NCBI RefSeq assembly: GCF_055900595.2
Contig: NZ_CM148325.1
DNA length: 64,000 nucleotides
Direction: 5' to 3' (one strand)
The notes under the pieces are model-generated. The model had not been told where the DNA came from. It saw only the letters and a program-made list of their open reading frames with translations, and did no database searches. This document shows positions 12,140 through 23,220 of this stretch, one piece after another (positions within the stretch are counted from its first letter, which is position 1; each line of letters starts with the position of its first letter). The translations under genes and the position numbers were made by a program.

Positions 12140-13314
12140 TGGATGTTTTTAATACTCCTATTTCCCGCAAAGGAACATATTGTACCCAATGGGACTTTTG
12201 CGAGGACAGATTTGGTGTAAAAGATGTATTACCATTCTCTATTTCAGATATGGATCTTCCGATACCGGAAGCTATCATCAGGGCATTAAAAAAACGTCTG
12301 GAACACCCGATTTTAGGGTACAGCCGTTGGCAGCATGATGACTATCTGAATGCGATAGTCAATTGGTATCATCAACAATATAAAACTGAAATCAAACCAG
12401 AATGGATCACCTATAGCCCAAGCGTGATGTACTCCATTGCTAAAGCAATAGAGTTATTGACATCGCATGGTGATAATATTCTCGTTTTTACACCTGTCTA
12501 TAATGCATTTTTTGATATAATTAAACATAGTGAGAGAAATATTCTGACAGCCTCTTTGATTATAAAAAATGAGGGGGGCTACGCTATCAATTGGCAAGAT
12601 TTTGATCTTAAGATTCAAAGCGCAAAGATGGTGTTATTATGTAATCCTCATAACCCGACAGGAACCGTCTGGTCGGAAGAAGATCTGCATAAAATCGCTG
12701 CAAGCTGTGCAAGACATAATGTCTGGTTATGTTCAGATGAAATTCACAGTGATTTTGTTTTTAATCGTAGCTTTACATCTGCGCTTAAAATAAAAAAAGA
12801 AAAAGTAGTGGTGTTTAATTCGATATCGAAGACATTTAATGTTCCCGCGCTAACAGGATCGTATATGATTTCAACTGACGATAATTTTAATCATAAGTTC
12901 AGAACGATATCAAGATATCGCGATTTTGTAAACTCCCCATCCGTACTGAATATAATTGCAACTATTATTGCCTATAACGAATGTGAGGGATGGTTAAAGT
13001 CATTAAAGGCACATATTGCCTCTAACATTCAATTCACCCAGCAGTATCTGAACGAAAATACTCCAGAATTGATCGTAAGGCCAGCTGATGGTTGCTATTT
13101 TTCGTGGATAGATTGCTCTGCTATTGGTTATCCATTTGATGAATTCTACAGTCGATTAATTCATGAAGGCAAAGTGGGCATTATGGCGGGGAATGTCTAT
13201 GGAACGGAGGGGGAGGGCTACCTTCGTCTGAACCTGGCCTGCGGTCGAGAAAAATTATATATGGGGCTTACGCGTCTTGCGAGTGTAATTAAAAATATTA
13301 ATCAAGGAAAATAA
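12133..13314 (+). CDS. PLP-dependent aminotransferase class I/II, MalY/PatB-like C-S lyase
   Basis: 393 aa; SISKTF lysine motif; length and organisation after a PTS EIICB resemble malX-malY; overlaps the PTS gene by 7 nt. Confidence 0.7.
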   Translation: MLMDVFNTPISRKGTYCTQWDFCEDRFGVKDVLPFSISDMDLPIPEAIIRALKKRLEHPILGYSRWQHDDYLNAIVNWYHQQYKTEIKPEWITYSPSVMYSIAKAIELLTSHGDNILVFTPVYNAFFDIIKHSERNILTASLIIKNEGGYAINWQDFDLKIQSAKMVLLCNPHNPTGTVWSEEDLHKIAASCARHNVWLCSDEIHSDFVFNRSFTSALKIKKEKVVVFNSISKTFNVPALTGSYMISTDDNFNHKFRTISRYRDFVNSPSVLNIIATIIAYNECEGWLKSLKAHIASNIQFTQQYLNENTPELIVRPADGCYFSWIDCSAIGYPFDEFYSRLIHEGKVGIMAGNVYGTEGEGYLRLNLACGREKLYMGLTRLASVIKNINQGK

Positions 13315-13316
13315 AA

Positions 13317-13913
13317 ATGAACAGCACGGATCTTATCCATCTCATTAAACATTTTATGCGTAACGAACATAAAGCAGTTGAAGAAGTTATTGATTCCCCC
13401 CTTTCGGAGGTTGCAAATTTAATTAAAGTATTACAGTCTTGTCAGGGGAAAGTTGTTTTTATTGGTGTCGGTAAGTCCGGTATTATTGCCCGAAAACTCG
13501 CCGCAACATTTGCCAGCACTGGAACTCCCTCGTTTTTTGTTCACGGTACTGAAGCCGTACACGGCGATCTTGGGATGGTGGCGAAAGATGATGTTGTTAT
13601 TCTTATTTCAAACAGTGGTGAGACGACAGAAATCCTGGCAACACTACCTAGTCTGAAAAAAATGGGTAATTATTTGATCTCCTTTACCCGCAGTCATCGC
13701 TCATCGCTTGCGATAAGTTGTGATTTATCCGTTGAAATTCCCGTAAAAAGTGAGGCGGATAATTTAGGTTTAGCGCCGTCATGCTCATCAACAGTCGTTC
13801 TGGTTGTTGGTGATGCGGTGGCGCTTGCGCTCTCCGAATTGAAAAAGTTTACTCGTGCTGATTTCGGCTTATATCATCCAGGAGGTGCGCTCGGTATTAA
13901 AGCAAACTCATAA
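13317..13913 (+). CDS. SIS-domain sugar-phosphate isomerase, KdsD/GutQ-like (arabinose-5-phosphate isomerase fold) lacking the CBS pair
   Basis: GVGKSGIIARKLAATFASTGTPSFFVHGTEAVHGDLGMV...ISNSGET...GLAPSCSSTVVLVVGDAVALAL closely parallels the KdsD SIS domain; only 198 aa. Confidence 0.7.
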   Translation: MNSTDLIHLIKHFMRNEHKAVEEVIDSPLSEVANLIKVLQSCQGKVVFIGVGKSGIIARKLAATFASTGTPSFFVHGTEAVHGDLGMVAKDDVVILISNSGETTEILATLPSLKKMGNYLISFTRSHRSSLAISCDLSVEIPVKSEADNLGLAPSCSSTVVLVVGDAVALALSELKKFTRADFGLYHPGGALGIKANS

Positions 13914-13974
13914 TTTTAGAATATAAAACAGTAACCGGTCACGCCATCTTTTGGGGTGGCGTTCATTGATGTGA

Positions 13975-14931
13975 GTGTCAGCTATGAAAAACGTTCTGGT
14001 CACCGTTCCCAGCTTTTCAGCGCGTTGTGTTTCTGCCAGCAAGCTGCTAAGAGAAAATCATTTTAACCTTATTATCAAGAATAATGTGGAGCATCTGGTT
14101 AAATCAGAATCCACAGTATTACGAGAATCTATTTGCGCAGTCATTGCCGGAAAAGATTGTTATCAAGCGGATACGTTATCGCGACTACCAGGAGTGAAAA
14201 TAATATCGAGATTCGGGACAGGGATTGATAATATTGATCTTCATACGGCTCGACAATCAGGTATTGTGGTCAATAATGCTGTTGGGATTAATTCAAATGC
14301 AGTCGCGGAATTTATCATTGGTCTTATTTTTGCGAGCATGAGAAATATCCCCGGTAGCTATCATGCGATGCAAAATGGTTATTGGGGCGAGTCGCATGGC
14401 TGCGAGTTACAAGGTAAACGTATTGGCCTGCTTGGCTACGGCAATATTGGCAAAACACTGGCGAAAAGGTTATCTGGTTTTGATGTTGAGCTTTTAGCTT
14501 TTGACAAACAACCCGATTTCCAGGCCGCAGGCAAAGATGGAGTTCAGTTCGTATCAATTGAAGATATCTTTATGCAGTCTCATGTCATCATCGTTCTTTT
14601 GCCATTTTCTCCTGAGCTGGAGAACTTCATTAGTCATAAATATTTGTCGATGATGCGCAATGGTGCTCTTATCATCAACGCCGCAAGGGGAAAGTTGCTG
14701 GATGAGGGGGCTTTACTTCAGGTAATTGAAGAACGAAATGTTTTTGCAGCACTGGATGTGTTTAGCTCTGAACCGCTAGCGCAATTTAGCCCATTGCTAC
14801 ATGCCAGGAATATCATTACAACGCCGCATATTGCGGCCGCCACCGTTGAGTCATACCAGCAAACCGGGATATACGTTGCCAGGTCGATAATAGATTTCTT
14901 TGCAGGAAGGGAGATAAAAAACGTGCTGTGA
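13975..14931 (+). CDS. D-isomer-specific 2-hydroxyacid dehydrogenase (NAD-binding)
   Basis: GLLGYGNIGKTLAKRL Rossmann motif; ...ITTPHIAAAT catalytic His region; 318 aa. Confidence 0.75.
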   Translation: MSAMKNVLVTVPSFSARCVSASKLLRENHFNLIIKNNVEHLVKSESTVLRESICAVIAGKDCYQADTLSRLPGVKIISRFGTGIDNIDLHTARQSGIVVNNAVGINSNAVAEFIIGLIFASMRNIPGSYHAMQNGYWGESHGCELQGKRIGLLGYGNIGKTLAKRLSGFDVELLAFDKQPDFQAAGKDGVQFVSIEDIFMQSHVIIVLLPFSPELENFISHKYLSMMRNGALIINAARGKLLDEGALLQVIEERNVFAALDVFSSEPLAQFSPLLHARNIITTPHIAAATVESYQQTGIYVARSIIDFFAGREIKNVL

Positions 14932-14956
14932 GTTCAGCTAAGGAAGATTTCAGGTA

Positions 14957-14991
14957 CAAAAAAACCGCAATCTGTGAAACACATTGCGGTT
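14957..14991 (-). terminator. Rho-independent terminator of the tRNA-fMet operon (possibly bidirectional)
   Basis: aaaaaaaccgcaatctgtgaaacacattgcggttt: stem accgcaat/attgcggt with T run on the minus strand immediately 3' of the last tRNA. Confidence 0.55.
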
Positions 14992-15009
14992 TATCAGCAT
15001 CATAAGTGT

Positions 15010-15086
<77 letters not shown>

Positions 15087-15119
15087 TCACCGTACTGCTT
15101 TACTTCATCAAATTTTGAT

Positions 15120-15196
<77 letters not shown>

Positions 15197-15229
15197 TCAC
15201 CGTACTGCTTTACTTCATCAAATTTTAAT

Positions 15230-15306
<77 letters not shown>

Positions 15307-15514
15307 TCCGTGGATGCGCACTATACTCCGCTCGCGTTTTCATGCAACCTTTTTTTTACCCAGATCACGGATTTGGTATGATTTTGAGCAAAAACAAATC
15401 ACTAAAGCCTGTTTTTTGTGCAAAATTTGCGTCAGGGAGAGGCTGCTCATTTCATTAAACGCGGCGGTTTGTTATCTTCATTGCGCCTTATTTTTTAAAC
15501 TGAAGAAGAGAACA

Positions 15515-16612
15515 ATGAAAGGACGTTGGGTAAAGTACCTTCTTATGGGCACGGTTGTGGCAATGCTTGCCGCCTGCTCTTCCAAACCAACCGATCGCGG
15601 ACAGCAATATAAAGACGGGAAATTTACCCAGCCTTTCTCTCTGGTAAACCAGCCAGATGCCGTTGGCGCGCCAATTAACGCCGGTGATTTTGCCGAGCAA
15701 ATTAACCATATCCGTACTTCGTCACCGCGTCTGTATGGCAACCAGAGTAATGTTTATAATGCGGTGCAGGAGTGGCTACGCGCAGGCGGTGATACCCGCA
15801 ATATGCGTCAGTTCGGCATTGACGCCTGGCAGATGGAAGGTGCCGACAACTATGGCAACGTGCAGTTTACGGGCTATTACACGCCTGTCATTCAGGCGCG
15901 CCATACCCGTCAGGGCGAGTTCCAGTATCCTATTTACCGTATGCCGCCAAAACGTGGTCGTCTGCCGTCTCGTGCGGAGATCTACGCGGGAGCATTGAGC
16001 GATAAATACATCCTCGCTTACAGCAACTCTCTGATGGATAACTTCATTATGGATGTGCAGGGTAGCGGGTATATCGATTTTGGTGATGGCAGTCCGCTTA
16101 ACTTCTTCAGCTATGCCGGAAAGAATGGTCATGCCTATCGCAGTATTGGTAAGGTGCTGATTGACCGTGGCGAAGTGAAAAAAGAAGATATGTCGATGCA
16201 GGCGATTCGTCACTGGGGTGAAACACACAGTGAAGCCGAGGTTCGCGAGCTGCTGGAACAGAACCCGTCTTTCGTCTTCTTTAAACCGCAATCTTTTGCT
16301 CCGGTGAAAGGGGCAAGTGCGGTGCCGCTGGTTGGTCGCGCTTCAGTTGCGTCCGATCGTTCCATTATCCCACCTGGTACAACCTTACTGGCAGAAGTGC
16401 CGCTGCTGGATAATAACGGCAAATTTAACGGTCAGTACGAACTACGGCTGATGGTGGCGCTGGATGTCGGTGGTGCAATCAAAGGCCAACACTTCGATAT
16501 TTATCAAGGTATCGGGCCGGAAGCCGGACACCGCGCAGGTTGGTACAACCACTATGGACGTGTTTGGGTGCTGAAAACCGCCCCGGGCGCAGGTAACGTC
16601 TTTAGCGGCTGA
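15515..16612 (+). CDS. mltA: Membrane-bound lytic murein transglycosylase A (lipoprotein)
   Basis: MKGRWVKYLLMGTVVAMLAACSS lipobox; start trimmed from ORF track (15233), whose N-terminal extension runs into the tRNA genes. Confidence 0.9.
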   Translation: MKGRWVKYLLMGTVVAMLAACSSKPTDRGQQYKDGKFTQPFSLVNQPDAVGAPINAGDFAEQINHIRTSSPRLYGNQSNVYNAVQEWLRAGGDTRNMRQFGIDAWQMEGADNYGNVQFTGYYTPVIQARHTRQGEFQYPIYRMPPKRGRLPSRAEIYAGALSDKYILAYSNSLMDNFIMDVQGSGYIDFGDGSPLNFFSYAGKNGHAYRSIGKVLIDRGEVKKEDMSMQAIRHWGETHSEAEVRELLEQNPSFVFFKPQSFAPVKGASAVPLVGRASVASDRSIIPPGTTLLAEVPLLDNNGKFNGQYELRLMVALDVGGAIKGQHFDIYQGIGPEAGHRAGWYNHYGRVWVLKTAPGAGNVFSG

Positions 16613-16688
16613 TGTGTTATTCTGTATACCGTTTTGACGGATACGACAGGGTGAGGGATAACCTCGCCCTTTTTAATTCTGAGGTGCT

Positions 16689-17495
16689 ATGTCTGTGGTA
16701 ATTAGTGATGCATGGCGTCAGCGTTTTGGTGGCACTGCGCGTCTGTATGGTGAAAAAGCGTTGCAACTGTTTGCTGATGCGCATATTTGTGTGGTCGGTA
16801 TCGGTGGCGTTGGTTCCTGGGCGGCGGAAGCGTTGGCGCGCACGGGTATTGGCGCAATCACACTTATCGATATGGATGATGTGTGCGTCACTAATACCAA
16901 TCGGCAAATTCACGCGCTGCGCGATAACGTCGGGCTGGCTAAAGCGGAAGTCATGGCCGAACGTATTCGCCAGATTAACCCAGAGTGCCGTGTAACGGTG
17001 GTGGATGACTTCGTAACGGTGGATAACGTAGCACAATATATGAGTGCCGGTTATTCGTACGTGATTGATGCCATTGATAGTGTGCGACCCAAGGCGGCGC
17101 TGATTGCTTATTGTCGTCGCAATAAAATCCCTCTGGTCACGACTGGTGGTGCTGGTGGGCAGATTGATCCGACGCAGATTCAGGTTACCGATCTGGCTAA
17201 AACGATTCAGGACCCGCTGGCGGCGAAGTTGCGCGAGCGCCTGAAAAGCGATTTTGGTGTAGTGAAAAACAGCAAAGGTAAGCTCGGCGTGGATTGCGTG
17301 TTCTCTACCGAAGCGCTGGTGTACCCGCAGTCAGACGGTACGGTGTGCGCGATGAAAGCCACGGCAGAAGGGCCGAAGCGGATGGATTGTGCATCTGGAT
17401 TTGGCGCGGCGACGATGGTGACCGCCACCTTTGGTTTTGTTGCGGTTTCTCATGCGTTGAAGAAGATGATGGCGAAAGCTGCGCGTCAGGGGTAA
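16689..17495 (+). CDS. tcdA: tRNA threonylcarbamoyladenosine dehydratase (E1-like, ThiF/MoeB fold)
   Basis: 268 aa; GIGGVGSW nucleotide-binding motif. Confidence 0.9.
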   Translation: MSVVISDAWRQRFGGTARLYGEKALQLFADAHICVVGIGGVGSWAAEALARTGIGAITLIDMDDVCVTNTNRQIHALRDNVGLAKAEVMAERIRQINPECRVTVVDDFVTVDNVAQYMSAGYSYVIDAIDSVRPKAALIAYCRRNKIPLVTTGGAGGQIDPTQIQVTDLAKTIQDPLAAKLRERLKSDFGVVKNSKGKLGVDCVFSTEALVYPQSDGTVCAMKATAEGPKRMDCASGFGAATMVTATFGFVAVSHALKKMMAKAARQG

Positions 17496-17504
17496 ACAAT
17501 CAGG

Positions 17505-17538
17505 TCGGATGCGACGTGAACGTCTTATCCGACCTGGT
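17505..17538. repeat. REP element between convergent tcdA and csdE
   Basis: aggtcggatgcgacgtgaacgtcttatccgacct palindrome. Confidence 0.5.
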
Positions 17539-17545
17539 TTTGCGC

Positions 17546-17989
17546 TTAACCCTGCTTCGCCGCCGCGATAATCGCCTCACTTAACGCATTCAACCCCTGG
17601 CTGCGTGAGGCGCTAAGCTGCGCACGCAATCCCAGCTCATCAAACAATGCCAGCGGCGACTGAGCCTGCAATTCGGCGGCGGTTTTCCCCTCAACGGCAG
17701 TCAACAACACTGCCAGCAGGCCGCGCACAATGCGTCCTTCGCTGTCGCCAAAGAAATGCATCGTGCCGTTTTCAGCCACGGTATACCCCAGCCAGACGCG
17801 GTTTTCGCATCCGGCAATCTCTTTAGCCTGCGCTTTTAACTCGTCTGGCAAAGCAGGAAGCTGTTTCCCCAACATAATCAGCTGGCGATATTTGTCTTCC
17901 CATTGCGTCAGTGGCGCGAAAGTATCGCGTAACGTCTCTATGGTAACGGTTGTGCCGAACGGATGTCCGGCGAATTGCGGGTTTGTCAT
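17546..17989 (-). CDS. csdE: Sulfur acceptor protein CsdE (SufE-like)
   Basis: 147 aa; start overlaps csdA stop by 1 nt. Confidence 0.9.
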   Translation of the reverse strand: MTNPQFAGHPFGTTVTIETLRDTFAPLTQWEDKYRQLIMLGKQLPALPDELKAQAKEIAGCENRVWLGYTVAENGTMHFFGDSEGRIVRGLLAVLLTAVEGKTAAELQAQSPLALFDELGLRAQLSASRSQGLNALSEAIIAAAKQG

Positions 17990-19194
17990 TAATCCACCAA
18001 TAATTCCAGCGCGCGGTCAACGGCATTCACCAGCGCATCCACATCACTCTTTGTATTATATGGCGCAAAAGAGGCGCGCAGTGTGCCGGTTACGCCTAAT
18101 TCTGCCAATAGCGGCTGAGCGCAATGCTGCCCGGCCCGCAGGGCAATGCCGTACTCCGCCAGCAGCGTCACCATATCGCTTTGATGAACGCCAGCAAAAT
18201 CAAAGGCTAGCAGGCTGGAATCCTGGCTGCGGAATGAACGAAAGCCTGGACGTTTCGTCAGCGCATCTTCCGCCAGCGTTGCTAAGCTACGGCTCCAGCT
18301 TTCGGCCTGGTTGATATCGTAATCTGCCAGCCATTCCAGCGCCGCGCTTAATCCTATGACACCAGCGACATTTGGCGTTCCTGCTTCCAGTTTCCACGGC
18401 GCAGATTGAGTGATGAAGCCGTCAAAACTCACTTCGTGAACCATTTTGCCGCCGCCCAGCCAGGGCGACATTGCTTCCAGCAGTTCTGGTTTGCCGTAAA
18501 GTACGCCTATCCCTGTCGGGCCATACAGTTTGTGACCAGAGAAAGCGTAAAAATCAATATCCAGTTGCTGAACATCTGCGGGGAAATGCACCGCCCCCTG
18601 AGCACCATCAACCATCACCACCATCCCGGCTGAATGAGCAAAGGTAATCGCTCGTGCCAGATCCGGGCAACCGCCAGTGACGTTAGACATCTGGCCCAAC
18701 GCCAGAATCCGACTATGGGGAGTAATCAGTTCAGGCAACAAATCGATATCTGGCAACCGCTGCGCATTAAGCGGCAATTTCACCACTTTGGCTCCGGTTT
18801 GTTGGGCGACCATCAGCCAGGGGACGAGGTTGGCGTGATGCTCTGCCACACTGACAATAATTTCATCGCCCGGTTGCAGACGCGGACGGGCATAGCATTG
18901 CGCCACCATGTTGATGGATTCAGTGGTGCCGCGCGTCCAGACGATAGTTTTGTCATCTGGTGCATTCAGTAATAGCGCCACTTTTTCCCGTGCAGCTTCG
19001 TAACGCGCGGTCAGGCGTTGGGCCTCGGCAAACTGGCTACGATGGACGTTTCCGGCGCTCAGGCTGTAAAACTGTCGGGTTGCTTCAACCACGGCTTCAG
19101 GTTTAAGCGCGGTCGCGGCACTGTCGAGATAGACGCCCGCATCCTGTAGCGCGGGAAACTGGGCGCGAAATTGCGCGGGATTAAAAACGTTCAT
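17989..19194 (-). CDS. csdA: Cysteine sulfinate desulfinase / cysteine desulfurase CsdA
   Basis: [35 protein letters not shown]; PLP class V; start trimmed from ORF track (19230) to MNVF. Confidence 0.9.
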   Translation of the reverse strand: MNVFNPAQFRAQFPALQDAGVYLDSAATALKPEAVVEATRQFYSLSAGNVHRSQFAEAQRLTARYEAAREKVALLLNAPDDKTIVWTRGTTESINMVAQCYARPRLQPGDEIIVSVAEHHANLVPWLMVAQQTGAKVVKLPLNAQRLPDIDLLPELITPHSRILALGQMSNVTGGCPDLARAITFAHSAGMVVMVDGAQGAVHFPADVQQLDIDFYAFSGHKLYGPTGIGVLYGKPELLEAMSPWLGGGKMVHEVSFDGFITQSAPWKLEAGTPNVAGVIGLSAALEWLADYDINQAESWSRSLATLAEDALTKRPGFRSFRSQDSSLLAFDFAGVHQSDMVTLLAEYGIALRAGQHCAQPLLAELGVTGTLRASFAPYNTKSDVDALVNAVDRALELLVD

Positions 19195-19385
19195 GGTACT
19201 CCTCGGCTTGATGCACCGATCGTGACGCAAAATTCACTTTGATACAAGGAGAGTGCTAACCATCAGAATTATCTGGATATCCTGGCGAAGCCGCGTAAGT
19301 AACATATGCTAAATAGTGTTAGGCGTTAATTTTAGCCTGTTAATCAATACTATTAAGATTTATTAATCGCTTTAAGGAGAAGATG

Positions 19386-19613
19386 ATGAAAAAGACTGCC
19401 GCAATTATTTCTGCCTGTATGCTGACTTTTGCCCTGAGCGCCTGTTCCGGTTCGAACTATGTGATGCACACCAATGACGGACGTACCATCGTCTCTGACG
19501 GCAAACCACAGACTGATAACGATACCGGTATGATTTCGTATAAAGACGCTAATGGCAACAAACAGCAGATCAACCGTACCGACGTGAAAGAGATGGTCGA
19601 ACTGGATCAGTAA
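19386..19613 (+). CDS. ygdI: Small lipoprotein YgdI (DUF903)
   Basis: [23 protein letters not shown] lipobox; 75 aa. Confidence 0.8.
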   Translation: MKKTAAIISACMLTFALSACSGSNYVMHTNDGRTIVSDGKPQTDNDTGMISYKDANGNKQQINRTDVKEMVELDQ

Positions 19614-19629
19614 TTCGCGATCGCAAGGT

Positions 19630-19835
19630 AAAAAAAAGCACCGCAATTAGGCGGTGCTACATTAATCACTATGGACAGACAGGGTAAATGTACAGGAAGT
19701 GAAAAAAGGTAGCTTTGCTACCATGGTCTGAATCGCAGACCAATTGCAAACACAACAACACAACATCACAACCGTAAGCCAAAAGTTCACCAGAACACGC
19801 ATTCCGATAAAACTTTTCGTTCCGGCTCAGGAAGT
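19630..19835 (-). ncRNA. gcvB: GcvB small regulatory RNA, divergent from gcvA
   Basis: Reverse complement matches the remembered GcvB sequence (ACTTCCTGAGCCGGAACGAAAAGTTTTATCGGAATGCGTGTTCTGG...GCACCGCCTAATTGCGGTGCTTTTTTT) including the G/U-rich region and terminator. Confidence 0.85.
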
Positions 19836-19963
19836 GCCGCCACTATAGGTATTTGCTGGTAGAAGCTCAACGGACAATTTATAATGGCTCAGATTAAAAA
19901 AACTAATAGGTTACACAGAGTGATCTAATTGTTAAATTCATTTAACATCAAAGTTTAAAAGCC

Positions 19964-20881
19964 ATGTCTAAACGATTACCACCGCTAAATGCCTTACGAG
20001 TTTTTGATGCCGCAGCACGCCATTTAAGTTTCACTCGCGCAGCAGAAGAGCTTTTTGTGACTCAGGCCGCAGTAAGTCATCAAATCAAGTCTCTTGAGGA
20101 TTTTCTGGGGCTAAAACTGTTCCGCCGCCGTAATCGTTCACTCCTGCTGACCGAGGAAGGGCAAAGCTATTTCCTCGATATCAAAGAGATATTTTCGCAA
20201 TTAACCGAAGCGACACGTAAACTCCAGGCCCGTAGCGCCAAGGGGGCGTTGACGGTCAGTTTACTCCCCAGTTTCGCCATTCATTGGTTGGTTCCACGAC
20301 TTTCCAGCTTTAATTCAGCTTATCCGGGAATTGACGTTCGCATCCAGGCGGTTGATCGTCAGGAAGATAAGTTGGCGGATGATGTTGACGTGGCGATATT
20401 CTATGGTCGGGGCAACTGGCCGGGACTACGGGTGGAAAAACTTTACGCCGAATATTTATTGCCGGTGTGTTCGCCGCTACTGCTGACAGGCGATAAACCC
20501 TTGAAGACCCCGGAAGACTTGGCTAAACATACGTTATTACATGATGCGTCTCGCCGTGACTGGCAGACATATACTCGCCAATTGGGGTTAAATCATATCA
20601 ACGTTCAGCAAGGACCAATATTTAGTCATAGCGCCATGGTGCTGCAAGCGGCTATCCACGGGCAGGGAGTGGCGCTAGCGAATAACGTGATGGCGCAATC
20701 TGAAATTGAAGCCGGACGTCTTGTTTGCCCGTTTAATGATGTTCTGGTCAGTAAAAACGCTTTTTATCTGGTTTGTCATGACAGCCAGGCAGAACTGGGT
20801 AAAATAGCCGCCTTTCGCCAATGGATCCTGGCGAAAGCCGCTGCTGAACAAGAAAAATTCCGCTTTCGTTATGAACAATAA
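19964..20881 (+). CDS. gcvA: LysR-family regulator of the glycine cleavage system
   Basis: 305 aa; N-terminal HTH LRVFDAAARHLSFTRAAEELFVTQAAVSHQIK. Confidence 0.95.
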   Translation: MSKRLPPLNALRVFDAAARHLSFTRAAEELFVTQAAVSHQIKSLEDFLGLKLFRRRNRSLLLTEEGQSYFLDIKEIFSQLTEATRKLQARSAKGALTVSLLPSFAIHWLVPRLSSFNSAYPGIDVRIQAVDRQEDKLADDVDVAIFYGRGNWPGLRVEKLYAEYLLPVCSPLLLTGDKPLKTPEDLAKHTLLHDASRRDWQTYTRQLGLNHINVQQGPIFSHSAMVLQAAIHGQGVALANNVMAQSEIEAGRLVCPFNDVLVSKNAFYLVCHDSQAELGKIAAFRQWILAKAAAEQEKFRFRYEQ

Positions 20882-20899
20882 TTTACGTAGGGTACGACC

Positions 20900-21295
20900 A
20901 TGACCAGCCGTTTTATGCTGATTTTTGCCGCCATTAGCGGCTTCATTTTTGTGGCTCTGGGCGCTTTTGGCGCGCATGTGTTAAGTAAAACCATGGGGGC
21001 CGTTGAGATGGGCTGGATCCAGACCGGTCTCGAATACCAGGCGTTCCATACGCTGGCGATCTTAGGTCTGGCGGTGGCAATGCAGCGTCGCATCAGTATC
21101 TGGTTTTACTGGAGTAGCGTTTTCCTTGCGTTAGGCACGGTGCTGTTCAGCGGCAGCCTTTATTGCCTGGCGCTGTCCCATCTGCGTTTGTGGGCATTTG
21201 TCACACCGGTTGGCGGCGTGAGCTTCCTCGCGGGCTGGGCGTTAATGTTAGTTGGTGCTATCCGTTTAAAGCGCAAGGGCGTAAGTCATGAATAA
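20900..21295 (+). CDS. ygdD: DUF423 inner membrane protein
   Basis: 131 aa hydrophobic protein in conserved position. Confidence 0.85.
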
Positions 21296-22388
21296 GGTTG
21301 TATTGCTGTGCCGTCCGGGCTTTGAAAAAGAGTGCGCCGCAGAAATTACCGATAAAGCCGGCCAGCGGGAAATTTTCGGTTTTGCCCGCGTGAAAGAGAA
21401 TGCGGGTTATGTCATTTATGAATGTTATCAACCTGATGATGGCGATAAGTTAATCCGTGAGCTGCCGTTCAGTTCATTAATTTTTGCCCGCCAGTGGTTT
21501 GTGGTCGGGGAACTCCTGCAGCATTTGCCGCCAGAAGATCGTATTACCCCCATTGTCGGCATGTTACAGGGCGTAGTAGAGAAGGGCGGTGAACTGCGTG
21601 TTGAAGTTGCCGATACCAACGAAAGCAAAGAGTTGCTGAAATTCTGCCGTAAATTCACCGTGCCGCTACGCGCTGCCTTGCGCGATGCCGGGGTGCTGGC
21701 GAACTATGAAACGCCGAAGCGTCCGGTTGTGCATGTATTCTTTATTGCACCAGGTTGCTGCTATACCGGTTACTCATACAGCAACAATAATTCGCCGTTC
21801 TATATGGGCATTCCGCGCCTGAAATTTCCGGCAGATGCGCCGAGTCGTTCCACGCTCAAACTGGAAGAGGCATTTCATGTGTTTATTCCGGCGGATGAGT
21901 GGGATGAACGTCTGGCGAACGGGATGTGGGCGGTGGATTTAGGCGCTTGCCCAGGCGGCTGGACCTACCAACTGGTGAAGCGCAACATGTGGGTTTATTC
22001 CGTCGACAACGGCCCGATGGCGCAAAGTCTGATGGATACCGGACAGGTGACGTGGCTGCGGGAAGACGGTTTCAAATTCCGTCCGACACGCAGCAATATC
22101 TCCTGGATGGTATGCGATATGGTTGAAAAACCGGCGAAAGTTGCGGCATTGATGGCGCAGTGGCTGGTTAATGGCTGGTGCCGTGAAACCATTTTCAACC
22201 TCAAACTGCCGATGAAAAAACGCTACGAAGAAGTGTCACATAATCTGGCGTATATTCAGGCACAGCTTGATGAACATGGCATAAATGCTCAGATTCAGGC
22301 GCGACAGTTGTATCACGATCGTGAAGAAGTGACGGTGCATGTCCGCCGCATCTGGGCTGCGGTGGGAGGCCGTCGCGACGAGCGATAA
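21288..22388 (+). CDS. rlmM: 23S rRNA (cytidine2498-2'-O)-methyltransferase
   Basis: 366 aa; conserved position; overlaps ygdD by 8 nt. Confidence 0.9.
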
Positions 22389-22431
22389 CAGGCAAGGCCG
22401 GGGCGTCGTCTCCGGCCTGCTACCCTTTCCG

Positions 22432-23163
22432 TCAGGCTGTTACCAAAGAAGCCGCAACCTGGCGCTCATCAGAAATAATGTGCGTGACCTCATCCAGATG
22501 CCCGATGCGGGCTTCCCCTGAACGATTAAATTTACTTTTATCAATCAATAACAACGATTGCGCGGCACGTTTTAATAGCATCGATTTGTAATCAGCGTTG
22601 ATGGCATTGGAGTCCCACAGTGCACCGCTGCTATCGATCCCTTCACAAGAAAAAATAAACAGATCGATTTCCAGCGATTTAAGTTGGGAAATCAGCGAGG
22701 GATTGACGTAACAGCCATATTTGCGCTCAAGTGTGCCGCCGGAACTGATCAGTTGAATGCGTTCACGTTTACCGAGTTCATGGCAAATCGGATGGCTATT
22801 GGTGAAGACCTGAATGTCGATGTCAGGCAACTGGCGTGCCAGATACCAGCAAGTTGAACTGGCGTCTAAGGCTATCACCATCCCTTCTTCAATCCACGCG
22901 AGCGCTTCGCGCGCGATATCTGCTTTATGCGCATAATGGCTTTTCAGCCGGATGTGAAAGGGATCGCCACTGTCTTGATTTTGACGGTGGATATATTTAG
23001 CGCGCCCATGATTGCGCAGAATTTTACCCTGCGTCTGTAATTCATTGAGATCGCGACGAATGGTTTCTTTACTGACCTTTAGCTGTTCAGAGAGAGCTTC
23101 CGTGGTCAGGCTGGTATGGTTCAGCAGCAGGTCGACTATCGCTTGCTGGCGTGCCGCTTTCAT
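22432..23163 (-). CDS. fucR: DeoR-family activator of the fucose regulon
   Basis: MKAARQQAIVDLLLNHTSLTTEALSEQLKVSKETIRRDL; start trimmed from ORF track (23172). Confidence 0.9.
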   Translation of the reverse strand: MKAARQQAIVDLLLNHTSLTTEALSEQLKVSKETIRRDLNELQTQGKILRNHGRAKYIHRQNQDSGDPFHIRLKSHYAHKADIAREALAWIEEGMVIALDASSTCWYLARQLPDIDIQVFTNSHPICHELGKRERIQLISSGGTLERKYGCYVNPSLISQLKSLEIDLFIFSCEGIDSSGALWDSNAINADYKSMLLKRAAQSLLLIDKSKFNRSGEARIGHLDEVTHIISDERQVAASLVTA

Positions 23164-23220
23164 ATTTTTCACCCCATCATTCGATAACCGCCCGCGTCAT
23201 GCGGGCGTACCGGTATGAGA

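Noticed and set aside
9446-15009. Possibility that the PTS island is a tRNA-integrated integrative element
   Set aside because: No integrase or recombinase gene and no direct repeat of the tRNA 3' end at the amiC-proximal boundary. The tRNA operon terminator lies between the tRNAs and the island.
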